The notes under the pieces are model-generated. The model was given only the letters and a program-made list of their open reading frames with translations. It did not search any database and had not been told where the DNA came from. Both the position numbers and the translations under genes were made by a program. A stretch of DNA of 64,000 nt from Escherichia phage Ge15. Below are positions 8,929 to 18,421 of the stretch, piece after piece (the stretch's first letter is position 1; the number at the start of each line of letters is the position of its first letter). The stretch lies in the sequence record PP359696.1. One strand, 5' to 3'.

Positions 8929-8971
8929 ACAACTATCAACTACTGATACAGAAAACAACTTGGAGAATGAA

Positions 8972-9235
8972 ATGGATAATTACGGCGAACTGTTCAACTT
9001 CTTTATGAAATGTGTTTCAGAAGATTTTGGTCGTACAGTGAATGATATTAAAGTTATCGGTCCTGATCATCCGATGTTTGAAACTTATGCAGTAATGGGT
9101 AATGAAGATGGTCAGTGGTATACTGTAAAGGTTGTAATTAATATGTTCACGGCAGAAGGTTATGTTAAACTGTCTTCTAAAGTTTACCATGATAACGACG
9201 AAATCGCAGAAGAATATTTCAATAATATGAAATAA
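8972..9235 (+). CDS. hypothetical protein
   Basis: 87-aa ORF from ATG 8972 with GGAGAA RBS; the longer track ORF is read-through of the promoter. Confidence 0.55.
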   Translation: MDNYGELFNFFMKCVSEDFGRTVNDIKVIGPDHPMFETYAVMGNEDGQWYTVKVVINMFTAEGYVKLSSKVYHDNDEIAEEYFNNMK

Positions 9236-9291
9236 GTTTACACAGGCTCATGATTGAGATATTATGAGCCTATAACTTTGAGGAGAACATT

Positions 9292-9627
9292 ATGAAACGT
9301 AACTTTAGTAAAGCTTTTTGTAATAGAAATTATTATCCTGAAGAGCTTTTTGAATCTAAGGACTTTAAAGAGTTTAACGAACGTTCTCAAAACATGCCTG
9401 TACAATGGGTGTTAGATTATGCCAAACGTATCTTTGAAGGTGTACGTTGGTTCAGTCCTGATGATGAAGCCCCATATTTTCAAAGGGCATGGTCTATAGT
9501 CAATCAAGCTTATATTGATGCTTTAGAAAATATTAATATTATGGATGATGATGATGCTTTGTTAATCATCGATGAGTCTATTAATAGTAGTATCGATAAA
9601 TTTATTGATGAATTGGACGAAGAATAA
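9292..9627 (+). CDS. hypothetical acidic protein
   Basis: 111-aa ORF, GAGGAG RBS, acidic C-terminal tail. Confidence 0.55.
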   Translation: MKRNFSKAFCNRNYYPEELFESKDFKEFNERSQNMPVQWVLDYAKRIFEGVRWFSPDDEAPYFQRAWSIVNQAYIDALENINIMDDDDALLIIDESINSSIDKFIDELDEE

Positions 9628-9658
9628 GTTTACAAACTCTTGGGAGTAGAGTATAATA
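9628..9658 (+). promoter_or_regulatory. early promoter with stem-loop (GTTTAC ... TATAAT)
   Basis: GTTTACAAACTCTTGGGAGTAGAGTATAAT with GGGAGTA/TACTCCC inverted repeat bracketing the -10. Confidence 0.65.
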
Positions 9659-9701
9659 CTCCCACGGATTATAAAACCCTTAATTAACTAAAGGAAATGC
9701 T

Positions 9702-10295
9702 ATGAACATGCTGAAGAAAATTGTTGAGTTTATTCGCACTAAACTTGGTTCTGCTATGGCTAAAAATTTATCTGTTGAAGAACAGTATACTGCTGCGGCA
9801 GCAAAACTACTTGATAAGATTAAAGATCTAAAAACTGCTTCTGTTAAATCTATTAATGAAGAAAAACGTATTCGTGAACTTATTGTCGAAAAGAATCGAC
9901 AGGCCGAATCAAAAGAGCGTGAAATTCGCAAGCTTCTTTCTGAAGGTCAAGATGTAACAATGCATGCTAAACTCGGCTTGCTATATCGTCGAACAGCTGA
10001 ACAGTTGACTACTAAAGCTGATGGTTATGCTGAAATGCGAATTGAAATCGCCAAGAAAGTAGTTGAATTGGATGATGCTCGCCAAGAACTTGCAGTTAAA
10101 TTGGAATATATCCGTGAAACTCGTGCAGCAAATGCCCTTGGAATTAGTACTGCTGATGATGTAGTTGAAATTGCAGCGCTAACTAAAGTTGATATTGAAG
10201 ATACTCTCGCCCGAGTTGAAACCTTTAATGGTAATATTTCTGGGGTTGAAACTACCTCTGCCGATGTTCAGGAATATATTAATTCTCTGAAATAA
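9702..10295 (+). CDS. coiled-coil protein, unknown function
   Basis: 197-aa ORF, strongly helical and charged heptad-like composition; function not assignable by eye. Confidence 0.55.
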   Translation: MNMLKKIVEFIRTKLGSAMAKNLSVEEQYTAAAAKLLDKIKDLKTASVKSINEEKRIRELIVEKNRQAESKEREIRKLLSEGQDVTMHAKLGLLYRRTAEQLTTKADGYAEMRIEIAKKVVELDDARQELAVKLEYIRETRAANALGISTADDVVEIAALTKVDIEDTLARVETFNGNISGVETTSADVQEYINSLK

Positions 10296-10300
10296 TGATA

Positions 10301-10316
10301 AGGGGCTTCGGCCCCT
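10301..10316 (+). terminator. GC hairpin with UUCG tetraloop (terminator / RNA-stability element)
   Basis: AGGGGCTTCGGCCCCT; downstream U-tract is weak. Confidence 0.45.
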
Positions 10317-10336
10317 ATTACTTGGAGTAAGTAGGA

Positions 10337-10942
10337 ATGAAAATGCAAAGTGATTTCAATTCAATGTTTGAAGAGTTCCAAAGACAGGTTGATGTTCCAG
10401 ACCAATTACTAAATGCTCTTAAACGCATGGCAGAAGGACGTAATTACTATTGGGGGTCTTCATATGAAACTGATGAAAGTCTTTCTGGATTTTATAAAGG
10501 TAAAAAGTCTTTAATACGTCCTGGAATACTTATTAACAGTATTGAATCAATTCATTCATTGACATGTGATTTTGATGTTGAATTTACTGATTTCATTTCT
10601 CCTGAATGGACGGTTTGTTATTTAAACGACGATTATGATTATCTTGGCGTTTATAGTTTAAGTGACGCATGGTTTAAACGTAATTTACAAAAGTCAAATT
10701 TATTCTATATTGATACTACTGTAAAATTTCAGGGCAAGAAATATTTCTTTACTCTTATAGTTGATTCTGAAACGAAGCATGAAAATAAACGTATTCTTAG
10801 TAAAAAGAATATCTTAACTATTGTCGATGATCTTTTTGATAAATTCGTAGAAAATCCTAATTTTGAAAGCGATTTATTATTAGAAAAATTTGTTAAGGAA
10901 TGTAGAGAATATGTCAAAGCCATCACTATACCTTCCAAGTGA
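10337..10942 (+). CDS. hypothetical protein (C-terminus shares the FVKECR tail with downstream paralogs)
   Basis: 201-aa ORF ending KFVKECREYVKAITIPSK. Confidence 0.55.
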   Translation: MKMQSDFNSMFEEFQRQVDVPDQLLNALKRMAEGRNYYWGSSYETDESLSGFYKGKKSLIRPGILINSIESIHSLTCDFDVEFTDFISPEWTVCYLNDDYDYLGVYSLSDAWFKRNLQKSNLFYIDTTVKFQGKKYFFTLIVDSETKHENKRILSKKNILTIVDDLFDKFVENPNFESDLLLEKFVKECREYVKAITIPSK

Positions 10943-11303
10943 ACCTGTGAAGTATGAACTAAAGCGTCAGCTAATTCCTACTGATGTATTAATAGGTCCT
11001 GTGACAGCTATATCATTTGTAATTCTATTGATTGTTGGAATGGTTATAGACTTTATGACTGATATTGAATCTGACGTAATATTTTTGTTAGTATTAATTC
11101 TTCCATTAGTAGTTCCATTTTTATTGGTACCTGTAAATTGGGTAGGATATTGGTATCAAGGAAGGCATTATCGTAAACGTGTACGTGAATGGAAAGCTCA
11201 GTGTAAAAAGATTAAAAAGGAACACCAGCTTAAACTAAATATGTATGAATTTAATGAAATTATGAAATTTGTTAAGGAATCACGATGCAAAAGCCAAAAC
11301 TAA
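10911..11303 (+). CDS. small membrane protein, paralog family member
   Basis: 130-aa ORF from ATG 10911, two predicted TM helices, basic tail ending MKFVKESRCKSQN. Confidence 0.55.
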   Translation: MSKPSLYLPSEPVKYELKRQLIPTDVLIGPVTAISFVILLIVGMVIDFMTDIESDVIFLLVLILPLVVPFLLVPVNWVGYWYQGRHYRKRVREWKAQCKKIKKEHQLKLNMYEFNEIMKFVKESRCKSQN

Positions 11304-11659
11304 ATAAAGTCAAATATTCTTTTTCTGAGTCATTTTTAATTTTTGCTGTGGCGTTGGCTGCAGCTCTTGCTGGTAGTCTTATTGGATTAATGATTGACTG
11401 TATTATTTTAAACATCCGCAGTAACGTCAGCGGTATAGTAGATATAATAGAAGTTTGGAGTGAACTTCATTATACTATAGCAATTTCATTATTTTCATTC
11501 TTTAGTATCATTTTATATTTTCATTATGATAATTTTAAAATAAATTGGCAAAGAAAAAAGGATTACAAAATACAATTAAAAGAATATAATAACTACATGT
11601 CTTATATTGAAAATGAATCAATGAAAGAATTCGTGAATGATTGTAGGAAAATCAAATGA
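11285..11659 (+). CDS. small membrane protein, paralog family member
   Basis: 124-aa ORF, TM helices, tail ending KEFVNDCRKIK; stop overlaps next start. Confidence 0.55.
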   Translation: MQKPKLNKVKYSFSESFLIFAVALAAALAGSLIGLMIDCIILNIRSNVSGIVDIIEVWSELHYTIAISLFSFFSIILYFHYDNFKINWQRKKDYKIQLKEYNNYMSYIENESMKEFVNDCRKIK

Positions 11660-12144
11660 TTTTAAAAACTCGCTGGTATGATTTAGATGATGGGGACGAT
11701 GGCATTTCAGTCGATAGAGTTGACTGGAGCGGCTGTTCTGAAGATACAAAGAAACGATTAATTAGGGAGTTTAGAATGGGATATCAAGCAGTTAAGCCAT
11801 CTACTGTAACAGATGATAAATTCGTGTGTATTCAAAATGGTCGTGCTAAGTTAACGAACGCTGATTGGTTCACAGATAAGAAGGTTATTCTGTGGTATAT
11901 TATTAGTTTTCCTGTGACATCATTTGTATTTTGCTTCTTTGGAGAAAGTCCAGTAGGCAGAACGGAAGATTGGATTCTTTTAATTATACTTGTTAATATT
12001 TTTACAGCAGCAGTACTATCAGGAATATGGTGCGTGTTCATTGAAATGCCATGGCGGTTACGTAGGCAGCAAAAGATTTTTGATGAAAAGAAATATACTC
12101 AAAATTTAAATAATTTTATCACTGAATGCAGGAAATTAAAATGA
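11656..12144 (+). CDS. membrane protein, paralog family member
   Basis: 162-aa ORF, TM helices, tail ending NNFITECRKLK. Confidence 0.55.
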   Translation: MILKTRWYDLDDGDDGISVDRVDWSGCSEDTKKRLIREFRMGYQAVKPSTVTDDKFVCIQNGRAKLTNADWFTDKKVILWYIISFPVTSFVFCFFGESPVGRTEDWILLIILVNIFTAAVLSGIWCVFIEMPWRLRRQQKIFDEKKYTQNLNNFITECRKLK

Positions 12145-12581
12145 AAACATTATCAGCTGGTATTATCTTTATGACAGAAGATAAAGATTTATTTATGGGA
12201 CGAGTTACTGGTTCTCGTAAGCCTGGAATGATGGCACATCGCTGGGATATTCCAAAGGGGCGTGTAGAAAATTCTGATTTAAGCGCATTAGATGCAGCAC
12301 GAAGAGAATGCTCAGAAGAGACTGGTTTTAACAATTATAATCCAGACCTTCTAGAAGACCTAGGTGTATTTAAATATTCTAGTAATAAAGACTTACAGTT
12401 ATTTTATTATACGATTCCAGTAGAGCATGAGATGTTCAGAAATTGCCATTGCGAGTCTTATTTTGAAAATAAAGATGGTGTTATGATTCCAGAGATGGAT
12501 GCTTTTGCCCTTATTCCTCGTACTCAGTGGCAATATGTGATGGGTCCTTCACTTTACCGAATAATGAACAGCCTCTTTTAA
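12126..12581 (+). CDS. nudE: Nudix hydrolase NudE
   Basis: 151-aa ORF with Nudix box GRVENSDLSALDAARRECSEETG directly upstream of e, as T4 nudE. Confidence 0.85.
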   Translation: MQEIKMKTLSAGIIFMTEDKDLFMGRVTGSRKPGMMAHRWDIPKGRVENSDLSALDAARRECSEETGFNNYNPDLLEDLGVFKYSSNKDLQLFYYTIPVEHEMFRNCHCESYFENKDGVMIPEMDAFALIPRTQWQYVMGPSLYRIMNSLF

Positions 12582-13112
<531 letters not shown>

Positions 13113-13116
13113 AGTT

Positions 13117-13146
13117 GTTTACTTTCTCCTAGAACTGTGATAGTAT
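13117..13146 (+). promoter_or_regulatory. early promoter with stem-loop
   Basis: GTTTAC, 18-nt spacer, TAGTAT; inverted repeat ACTGTGA/TCACAGT brackets the -10. Confidence 0.5.
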
Positions 13147-13171
13147 ATTCACAGTTACTTGGAGGGATAAA

Positions 13172-13588
13172 ATGACTCGTATTAATTTGACTTTAGTATC
13201 TGAACTTGCTGATCAGCATTTAATCGCAGAATACCGTGAATTGCCACGTGTTTTTGGTATAGTTCGTAAACACGTGGCAAATGGTAAGCGGGTTAAAGAT
13301 TTTAAAATATCTTCCGAGTTTATTTTAGGTTCTGGTCATGTTACGTTCTTTTACGATAAGTTAGAATTTTTGCGAAAGCGTCAATCAGACATTATAACGG
13401 AATGCTTAAAACGTGGGTTTAGTATAAAAGATACTGAAGTTCCTGACATCAGTGATATTCCAGCAGAATGGAAAAATGATTATAATCCATGCAAATCAGC
13501 TATTAAATTGAGTCAACAACGACTCGATGAAAAAATTTTAATGAAGCCACACTGGTACAAGTATTACGGCAAAAATATTTACATTTAA
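13172..13588 (+). CDS. denV: endonuclease V (pyrimidine dimer DNA glycosylase) DenV
   Basis: 138-aa [32 protein letters not shown]..., recognised as T4 endonuclease V. Confidence 0.95.
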   Translation: MTRINLTLVSELADQHLIAEYRELPRVFGIVRKHVANGKRVKDFKISSEFILGSGHVTFFYDKLEFLRKRQSDIITECLKRGFSIKDTEVPDISDIPAEWKNDYNPCKSAIKLSQQRLDEKILMKPHWYKYYGKNIYI

Positions 13589-13597
13589 AGGAAACAT

Positions 13598-13915
13598 ATG
13601 AAAACGTATAAAGAATTTATTGCAGAATCTGCCGCAGGACAACGTGTAGAAGGCGGTTATATTTGGATTGAAGAAGTTGAGCCACCTAGTCGTACTTCTA
13701 CTGGTAAATGGAAAATTACTGTCGATGGTCCTGGCGGAAAACGCAGAACTTTAAAAGAAATTAATGGATATTATAGTGAAGCTCTTTCAGACGCGGGCAC
13801 TTATATGATGCAAATTATGATTAAAAATCCAGAAAATCGTTTTGCAGCTAGAGTTTTCCGCCGCATTGGAAATAAACTTTACGATGCATATTCTAAAAAT
13901 TTTCCTAAAGCATAA
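13598..13915 (+). CDS. internal protein (IPII-like) with capsid targeting sequence
   Basis: 105-aa ORF with N-terminus MKTYKEFIAE, the canonical T4 CTS. Confidence 0.7.
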   Translation: MKTYKEFIAESAAGQRVEGGYIWIEEVEPPSRTSTGKWKITVDGPGGKRRTLKEINGYYSEALSDAGTYMMQIMIKNPENRFAARVFRRIGNKLYDAYSKNFPKA

Positions 13916-13931
13916 AAATTAAAGGAAACAT

Positions 13932-14405
13932 ATGAAAACATATCAAGAATTTATTACTGAAGCAGCTATTAATTCTCAAATTATTGCTGAATCTTTTACT
14001 GATCTTTTGAAATTTAAAAAAGGTCAAAAAATCACTGCTGTATTGGATGATGGTACAGAAGTTGAGATGGATGTACAGGGATATAATTATGCAGTAGATG
14101 GAAAACTGTATAATAAATCTCATGCTAAATTTGATTCATTTGACGACTTTGTTAATACAGTTGAAGATGAAAAAACTCGTAGATCCATTGCAACTGGTGA
14201 TGCTAAGGTTCTTATGGCACACGGCCATGAACGCATTCGCGCTAAGCAGAATAAAATGGGCGAAGATAATTTCGCATTAGTTGGTTATCAATCTGGTAAA
14301 CAAACTTATGGTTATCAGCGTACTGCTACCATGTATAACAAAAATGGTAAAATCGCTTTCGTGAATAGTAAAGGTTCTGTTCAGTACGTTAAATCGTTCA
14401 AATAA
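13932..14405 (+). CDS. internal protein (IPIII-like) with capsid targeting sequence
   Basis: 157-aa ORF with N-terminus MKTYQEFITE; shares upstream AAAGGAAACATATG element with the preceding gene. Confidence 0.7.
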   Translation: MKTYQEFITEAAINSQIIAESFTDLLKFKKGQKITAVLDDGTEVEMDVQGYNYAVDGKLYNKSHAKFDSFDDFVNTVEDEKTRRSIATGDAKVLMAHGHERIRAKQNKMGEDNFALVGYQSGKQTYGYQRTATMYNKNGKIAFVNSKGSVQYVKSFK

Positions 14406-14540
14406 TATGGGAACAGCCTGGACCTCATTTGAGGTATTCCCGCCAACCTGTGATAAGGTCGAGCCAAAGCGCGGTAATGGGTAATGCAGGAATGGACAAC
14501 TCATGTGCCATGGAATGGCCCAAAAATTAAGAGAGAAAAT

Positions 14541-15083
14541 ATGAAAACATTTTTAACTGGCCCGTATCTATCCCTGATGAATGCTTTTACACACCATTCT
14601 GATGCTAGAGTAGAAGAAATTTGTAAAAACGAATATATCCCGCCATTTGAAGAATTACTTAAACAGTACTGTACACTTCGTATAGATGGTGGACGTCAAT
14701 CCGGTAAATCACTTGCTGTGACTAACTTTGCTGCTAATTGGCTGTATGATGGCGGAACAGTTATTGTTCTATCTAATACTTCAGCTTACGCTAAAATTTC
14801 TGCAAATAACATTAAAAAGGAATTTTCGCGTTATTCTAATGATGATATACGTTTTCGTTTATTTACTGATTCTGTGCGCAGTTTTATTGGTAATAGAGGT
14901 AGCAAGTTCAGAGGTTTATCGCTTTCACGAATTTTGTATATAATTGATGAGCCTGTTAAATCTCCTGATATGGATAAAATTTACGATATTCATATTGAAA
15001 CTGTGCAACACTGTTGTCGAAGCTATAATGCTGAAACAGGTGAAACAGTTCGTCCTCAATTTTTTGTGATTGGAATGCAATGA
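14541..15083 (+). CDS. P-loop NTPase-like hypothetical protein
   Basis: 180-aa ORF from ATG 14541 (RBS GAGAGA); Walker A-like GGRQSGKS and Walker B-like ILYIIDEP. Confidence 0.5.
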   Translation: MKTFLTGPYLSLMNAFTHHSDARVEEICKNEYIPPFEELLKQYCTLRIDGGRQSGKSLAVTNFAANWLYDGGTVIVLSNTSAYAKISANNIKKEFSRYSNDDIRFRLFTDSVRSFIGNRGSKFRGLSLSRILYIIDEPVKSPDMDKIYDIHIETVQHCCRSYNAETGETVRPQFFVIGMQ

Positions 15084-15409
15084 TGACAGACACACAGCTT
15101 TTCGAATATCTTTATTTTTCGCCAAAAACTATTAAAAATAAATTGGTGAATCATTTTGAAATTTTGGCAAATAACAACGTCTTGAGCGAATTTTATCCTA
15201 AGCAATACAAATTACAAAAAGGCGTATTCAAAGGATGCAGAGTTTTGTGTACTGCTCCTAACGCGCAGTTAATGAATAAAATTCCATATTTTACCATGGA
15301 ATTTATTGATGGACCTTTTAAAGGACTAATCACCCAAAGTTTAATGGCATATGATTCTGAGCCATTTTTAATTAAAGAACAATCTTGGATAAATTTATTT
15401 TCTAATTGA
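15080..15409 (+). CDS. hypothetical protein
   Basis: 109-aa ORF, start overlaps upstream stop. Confidence 0.5.
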   Translation: MMTDTQLFEYLYFSPKTIKNKLVNHFEILANNNVLSEFYPKQYKLQKGVFKGCRVLCTAPNAQLMNKIPYFTMEFIDGPFKGLITQSLMAYDSEPFLIKEQSWINLFSN

Positions 15410-15416
15410 GGTTTAT

Positions 15417-15779
15417 ATGAAAGCATATCAAATTCTTGAAGGCACACATAAAGGTACTATTTATTTTGAAGATGGTATTCAAGCACGAATTATTGTCTCT
15501 AAAACCTTTAAAGAGGACTCTTTTGTAGACCCAGAAATTTTCTATGGTTTGCATGCCCGTGAAATTGAAATTGAGCAACAGCCTACAGTTAAAATTGAAG
15601 GTGGTCAACACCTGAACGTTAACGTTCTGCGTCGCGAAACTTTGGAAGATGCAGTTAAGCATCCGGAAAAATATCCGCAGCTGACCATCCGTGTATCCGG
15701 TTATGCAGTTCGCTTTAACTCTCTGACTCCGGAACAGCAGCGCGACGTTATTGCTCGTACCTTTACTGAGAGTTTGTAA
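15417..15779 (+). CDS. autonomous glycyl radical cofactor (GrcA/YfiD-like; T4 Y06I homolog)
   Basis: 120-aa ORF whose C-terminal ~60 aa ([59 protein letters not shown]) match E. coli GrcA including the RVSGY glycyl-radical motif. Confidence 0.85.
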   Translation: MKAYQILEGTHKGTIYFEDGIQARIIVSKTFKEDSFVDPEIFYGLHAREIEIEQQPTVKIEGGQHLNVNVLRRETLEDAVKHPEKYPQLTIRVSGYAVRFNSLTPEQQRDVIARTFTESL

Positions 15780-16000
15780 TGGCAAAGATAATTATTGAAG
15801 GTTCTAAAGATGTGCTAAATGCTTTCGCCGAGTGGTTTAGTAATTCAGGCGAACAGCAATTTAATGAAGCCTGGAATATGGGTGATATTGATGGAATTTA
15901 TCCTACGACAGAAATTTCTGTTCAAGGATATGGCATTCATGAACCTATTCGTTTAGTTGAATATGATTTATGTACTGGTGAGGAAGTCAAATATGATTGA
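15779..16000 (+). CDS. hypothetical protein
   Basis: 73-aa ORF, start overlaps upstream stop. Confidence 0.5.
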   Translation: MAKIIIEGSKDVLNAFAEWFSNSGEQQFNEAWNMGDIDGIYPTTEISVQGYGIHEPIRLVEYDLCTGEEVKYD

Positions 16001-16259
16001 AGACATTAAAGGTTATAAGCCGCATACTGAAGAGAAAATCGGTAAAGTGAATGCTATTAAAGACGCTGAAGTTCGTTTAGGACTTATCTTTGACGCTTTA
16101 TACGATGAATTCTGGGAAGCACTAGATAATTGTGAAGATGATGAACTCGCGAAGAATTATGCTGAAAGCCTCGATCAGTTAACTATTGCTAAAACGAAAC
16201 TCAAAGAAGCCAGTATGTGGGCTTGTCGTGCAGTGTTCCAACCAGAGGAAAAATACTAA
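15993..16259 (+). CDS. hypothetical protein; by synteny possibly the vs.4/Acb2-type anti-CBASS sponge
   Basis: 88-aa ORF from ATG 15993 (RBS GAGGAAG); position between the GrcA-like gene and regB corresponds to T4 vs.4; not verified by sequence. Confidence 0.4.
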   Translation: MIEDIKGYKPHTEEKIGKVNAIKDAEVRLGLIFDALYDEFWEALDNCEDDELAKNYAESLDQLTIAKTKLKEASMWACRAVFQPEEKY

Positions 16260-16537
16260 TGGCTCAATTAAGTGCAGGGTTTGGTTATGAGTATTATACT
16301 GCACCTCGTCGTGTATCTGCCGCTCCTAAGAAAATTCAAAGTCTTGATGACTTCCAGGAAGTAGTCCGTAAAGCTTTTCAGGACTATGCACGTTATCTTA
16401 AAGAAGATTCACAGGACTGTCTCGAAGAAGATGAAATTGCTTACTATGAGCAGCGTCTTGAACAGCTTAAAAACTTACATGAGGTTCGTGCAGAAGTTTC
16501 AAAGTCTATGAATAAATTGATTAGATTTAAAGAATAA
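16259..16537 (+). CDS. hypothetical protein
   Basis: 92-aa ORF from ATG 16259. Confidence 0.5.
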   Translation: MAQLSAGFGYEYYTAPRRVSAAPKKIQSLDDFQEVVRKAFQDYARYLKEDSQDCLEEDEIAYYEQRLEQLKNLHEVRAEVSKSMNKLIRFKE

Positions 16538-16539
16538 CT

Positions 16540-16569
16540 GTTTACTTTTCCTCTTGACTGTGGTATAAT
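16540..16569 (+). promoter_or_regulatory. early promoter (GTTTAC ... TGGTATAAT)
   Basis: -35 GTTTAC, 18-nt spacer, extended -10 TGGTATAAT upstream of regB. Confidence 0.65.
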
Positions 16570-16596
16570 TTTTCTATCAGTTAAGAGGAGAATAAC

Positions 16597-17058
16597 ATGA
16601 CTATCAACACAGAAGTTTTTATCCGTCGAAATAAGCTCCGTCGTCACTTTGAGTCGGAGTTTCGTCAAATTAACAATGAGATTCGTGAGGCATCAAAAGC
16701 AGCAGGGGTCTCATCGTTTCATCTAAAATATTCTCAGCATCTTCTTGATCGTGCAATTCAACGGGAGATTGATGAGACATATGTTTTTGAATTATTCCAT
16801 AAAATAAAAGATCATGTTTTAGAAGTTAATGAATTCCTGAGTATGCCTCCGCGTCCTGACATTGACGAGGATTTTATTGATGGGGTTGAATATCGTCCTG
16901 GACGTTTAGAAATCACAGATGGAAATCTTTGGCTTGGATTTACAGTTTGTAAGCCTAATGAGAAGTTCAAAAACCCGTCACTTCAATGCAGGATGGCAAT
17001 TATCAACAGTCGTCGTTTACCAGGAAAGGCTTCTAAAGCAGTAATTAAAACTCAATGA
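16597..17058 (+). CDS. regB: endoribonuclease RegB
   Basis: 153-aa ORF MTINTEVFIRRNKLRRHFESEFRQ..., recognised as T4 RegB. Confidence 0.95.
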   Translation: MTINTEVFIRRNKLRRHFESEFRQINNEIREASKAAGVSSFHLKYSQHLLDRAIQREIDETYVFELFHKIKDHVLEVNEFLSMPPRPDIDEDFIDGVEYRPGRLEITDGNLWLGFTVCKPNEKFKNPSLQCRMAIINSRRLPGKASKAVIKTQ

Positions 17059-17065
17059 GGTAAAC

Positions 17066-17611
17066 ATGAGAAAAGCACTACTCGCTGGTCTATTGGCCAT
17101 TTCAATGATGGCACATAGCTCCGAGCATACTTTCAGTAATGTCCAACTCGATAACATGCGTTACGCGTATCAATTCGGGGAACAATTTTCTAAGGATGGA
17201 AAATATAAAACACACAAAAATATCCACAAGAGCGGATTAGGTCATATAATGGCTGCCATTTTATGGCAAGAAAGCTCTGGCGGAGTTAATTTAAAATCTA
17301 AACCAAAGCATCACGCCTACGGAATGTTCCAAAATTATTTGCCTACTATGCGAGCAAGAGTTAAGGAACTTGGTTATAATATGACCGATGCTGAAATAAA
17401 AAGAATGTTGAATAAACGGTCCAATTCAGCTTCCTGGGCGTACATTGAACTTTCTTATTGGTTAAATATACATAAGGGCGATATAAGAAAAGCAATATCC
17501 TCTTATAATTCGGGATGGAATGTTAAAGCAGGTTCTAAATATGCTTCTGAAGTCCTAGAAAAGGCTAATTACCTTAAAAATAATAAACTTTTGGAAATAG
17601 TAAATGACTAA
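17066..17611 (+). CDS. secreted lytic-transglycosylase-like protein (vs.1-like)
   Basis: 181-aa ORF with signal peptide and SLT-like motif LWQESSGG ... AYGMFQ. Confidence 0.65.
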   Translation: MRKALLAGLLAISMMAHSSEHTFSNVQLDNMRYAYQFGEQFSKDGKYKTHKNIHKSGLGHIMAAILWQESSGGVNLKSKPKHHAYGMFQNYLPTMRARVKELGYNMTDAEIKRMLNKRSNSASWAYIELSYWLNIHKGDIRKAISSYNSGWNVKAGSKYASEVLEKANYLKNNKLLEIVND

Positions 17612-17945
17612 AATTTTGGTTTTATGTATAGGATTAATTTCATTTTCTGCGTTAGCAGATACATCATATACTGAAATTAGAGAGTATGTAAACCGTACTG
17701 CAGCGGATTATTGCGGGAAAAATAAAGCATGCCAAGCTGAATTTGCGCAGAAATTAATATATGCATATAAAGACGGAGAAAGAGATAAATCAAGCAGATA
17801 CAAAAATGATACATTGTTAAAACGATATGCTAAAAAGTGGAATACCTTAGAATGTTCAGTTGCGGAGGAGAAAGATAAAGCCGCTTGTCATTCAATGGTT
17901 GACCGTTTGGTAGATTCTTATAATCGAGGATTGAGTACTAGATGA
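17604..17945 (+). CDS. periplasmic protein with signal peptide (in the vs position)
   Basis: 113-aa ORF, N-terminal signal peptide MTKILVLCIGLISFSALA. Confidence 0.5.
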   Translation: MTKILVLCIGLISFSALADTSYTEIREYVNRTAADYCGKNKACQAEFAQKLIYAYKDGERDKSSRYKNDTLLKRYAKKWNTLECSVAEEKDKAACHSMVDRLVDSYNRGLSTR

Positions 17946-18421
17946 TTGTAAAATATATCAAGGGCGATATTGTCGCCCTCTTTCTTGAAGGTAATATTAT
18001 TGCGCACGGGTGCAATTGTTTTCATACAATGGGCAGTGGTGTAGCTGGTCAATTAGCAAGAGCCTATCCCAAAATTTTAGAAATAGATAAGACCACAACT
18101 GAATATGGTTCGCGTGAAAAACTCGGTGATATGTCTATTGTTTTTAAACATAAACCTAATGGTTTTGGCATATGTTATAACTTGTATACGCAATACGAAC
18201 CAGGTCCTAATCTTGATTATGGTGCTTTAGTAAACTGCATGATAGAATTAAATCTACAGGCAGAAACCCTTTTGTTTAAACCGGTAATTTACATTCCACG
18301 CATAGGTTGTGGTATTGCTGGCGGCGATTGGGATAAGGTTTCTAAATTAATCGACATGTTTACTCCTGATATTGATTTAATAGTGGTGGATTATGAAAGT
18401 GCATTACCCGCATCCGTTTGA
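17942..18421 (+). CDS. macro-domain protein (putative ADP-ribose binding / de-ADP-ribosylating enzyme)
   Basis: 159-aa ORF with macro-domain hallmarks GDIVALF...IAHGCNCFHTMGSGVAGQL and IGCGIAGGD. Confidence 0.65.
   Translation: MIVKYIKGDIVALFLEGNIIAHGCNCFHTMGSGVAGQLARAYPKILEIDKTTTEYGSREKLGDMSIVFKHKPNGFGICYNLYTQYEPGPNLDYGALVNCMIELNLQAETLLFKPVIYIPRIGCGIAGGDWDKVSKLIDMFTPDIDLIVVDYESALPASV

Noticed and set aside
8909-8971. N-terminal extensions of ORFs at 8909, 20750 and 26008 (shared peptide GTIQLS)
   Set aside because: The shared peptide is translation of the conserved promoter core TGGTACTATACAACTATC; real starts are the downstream ATGs with SD motifs.
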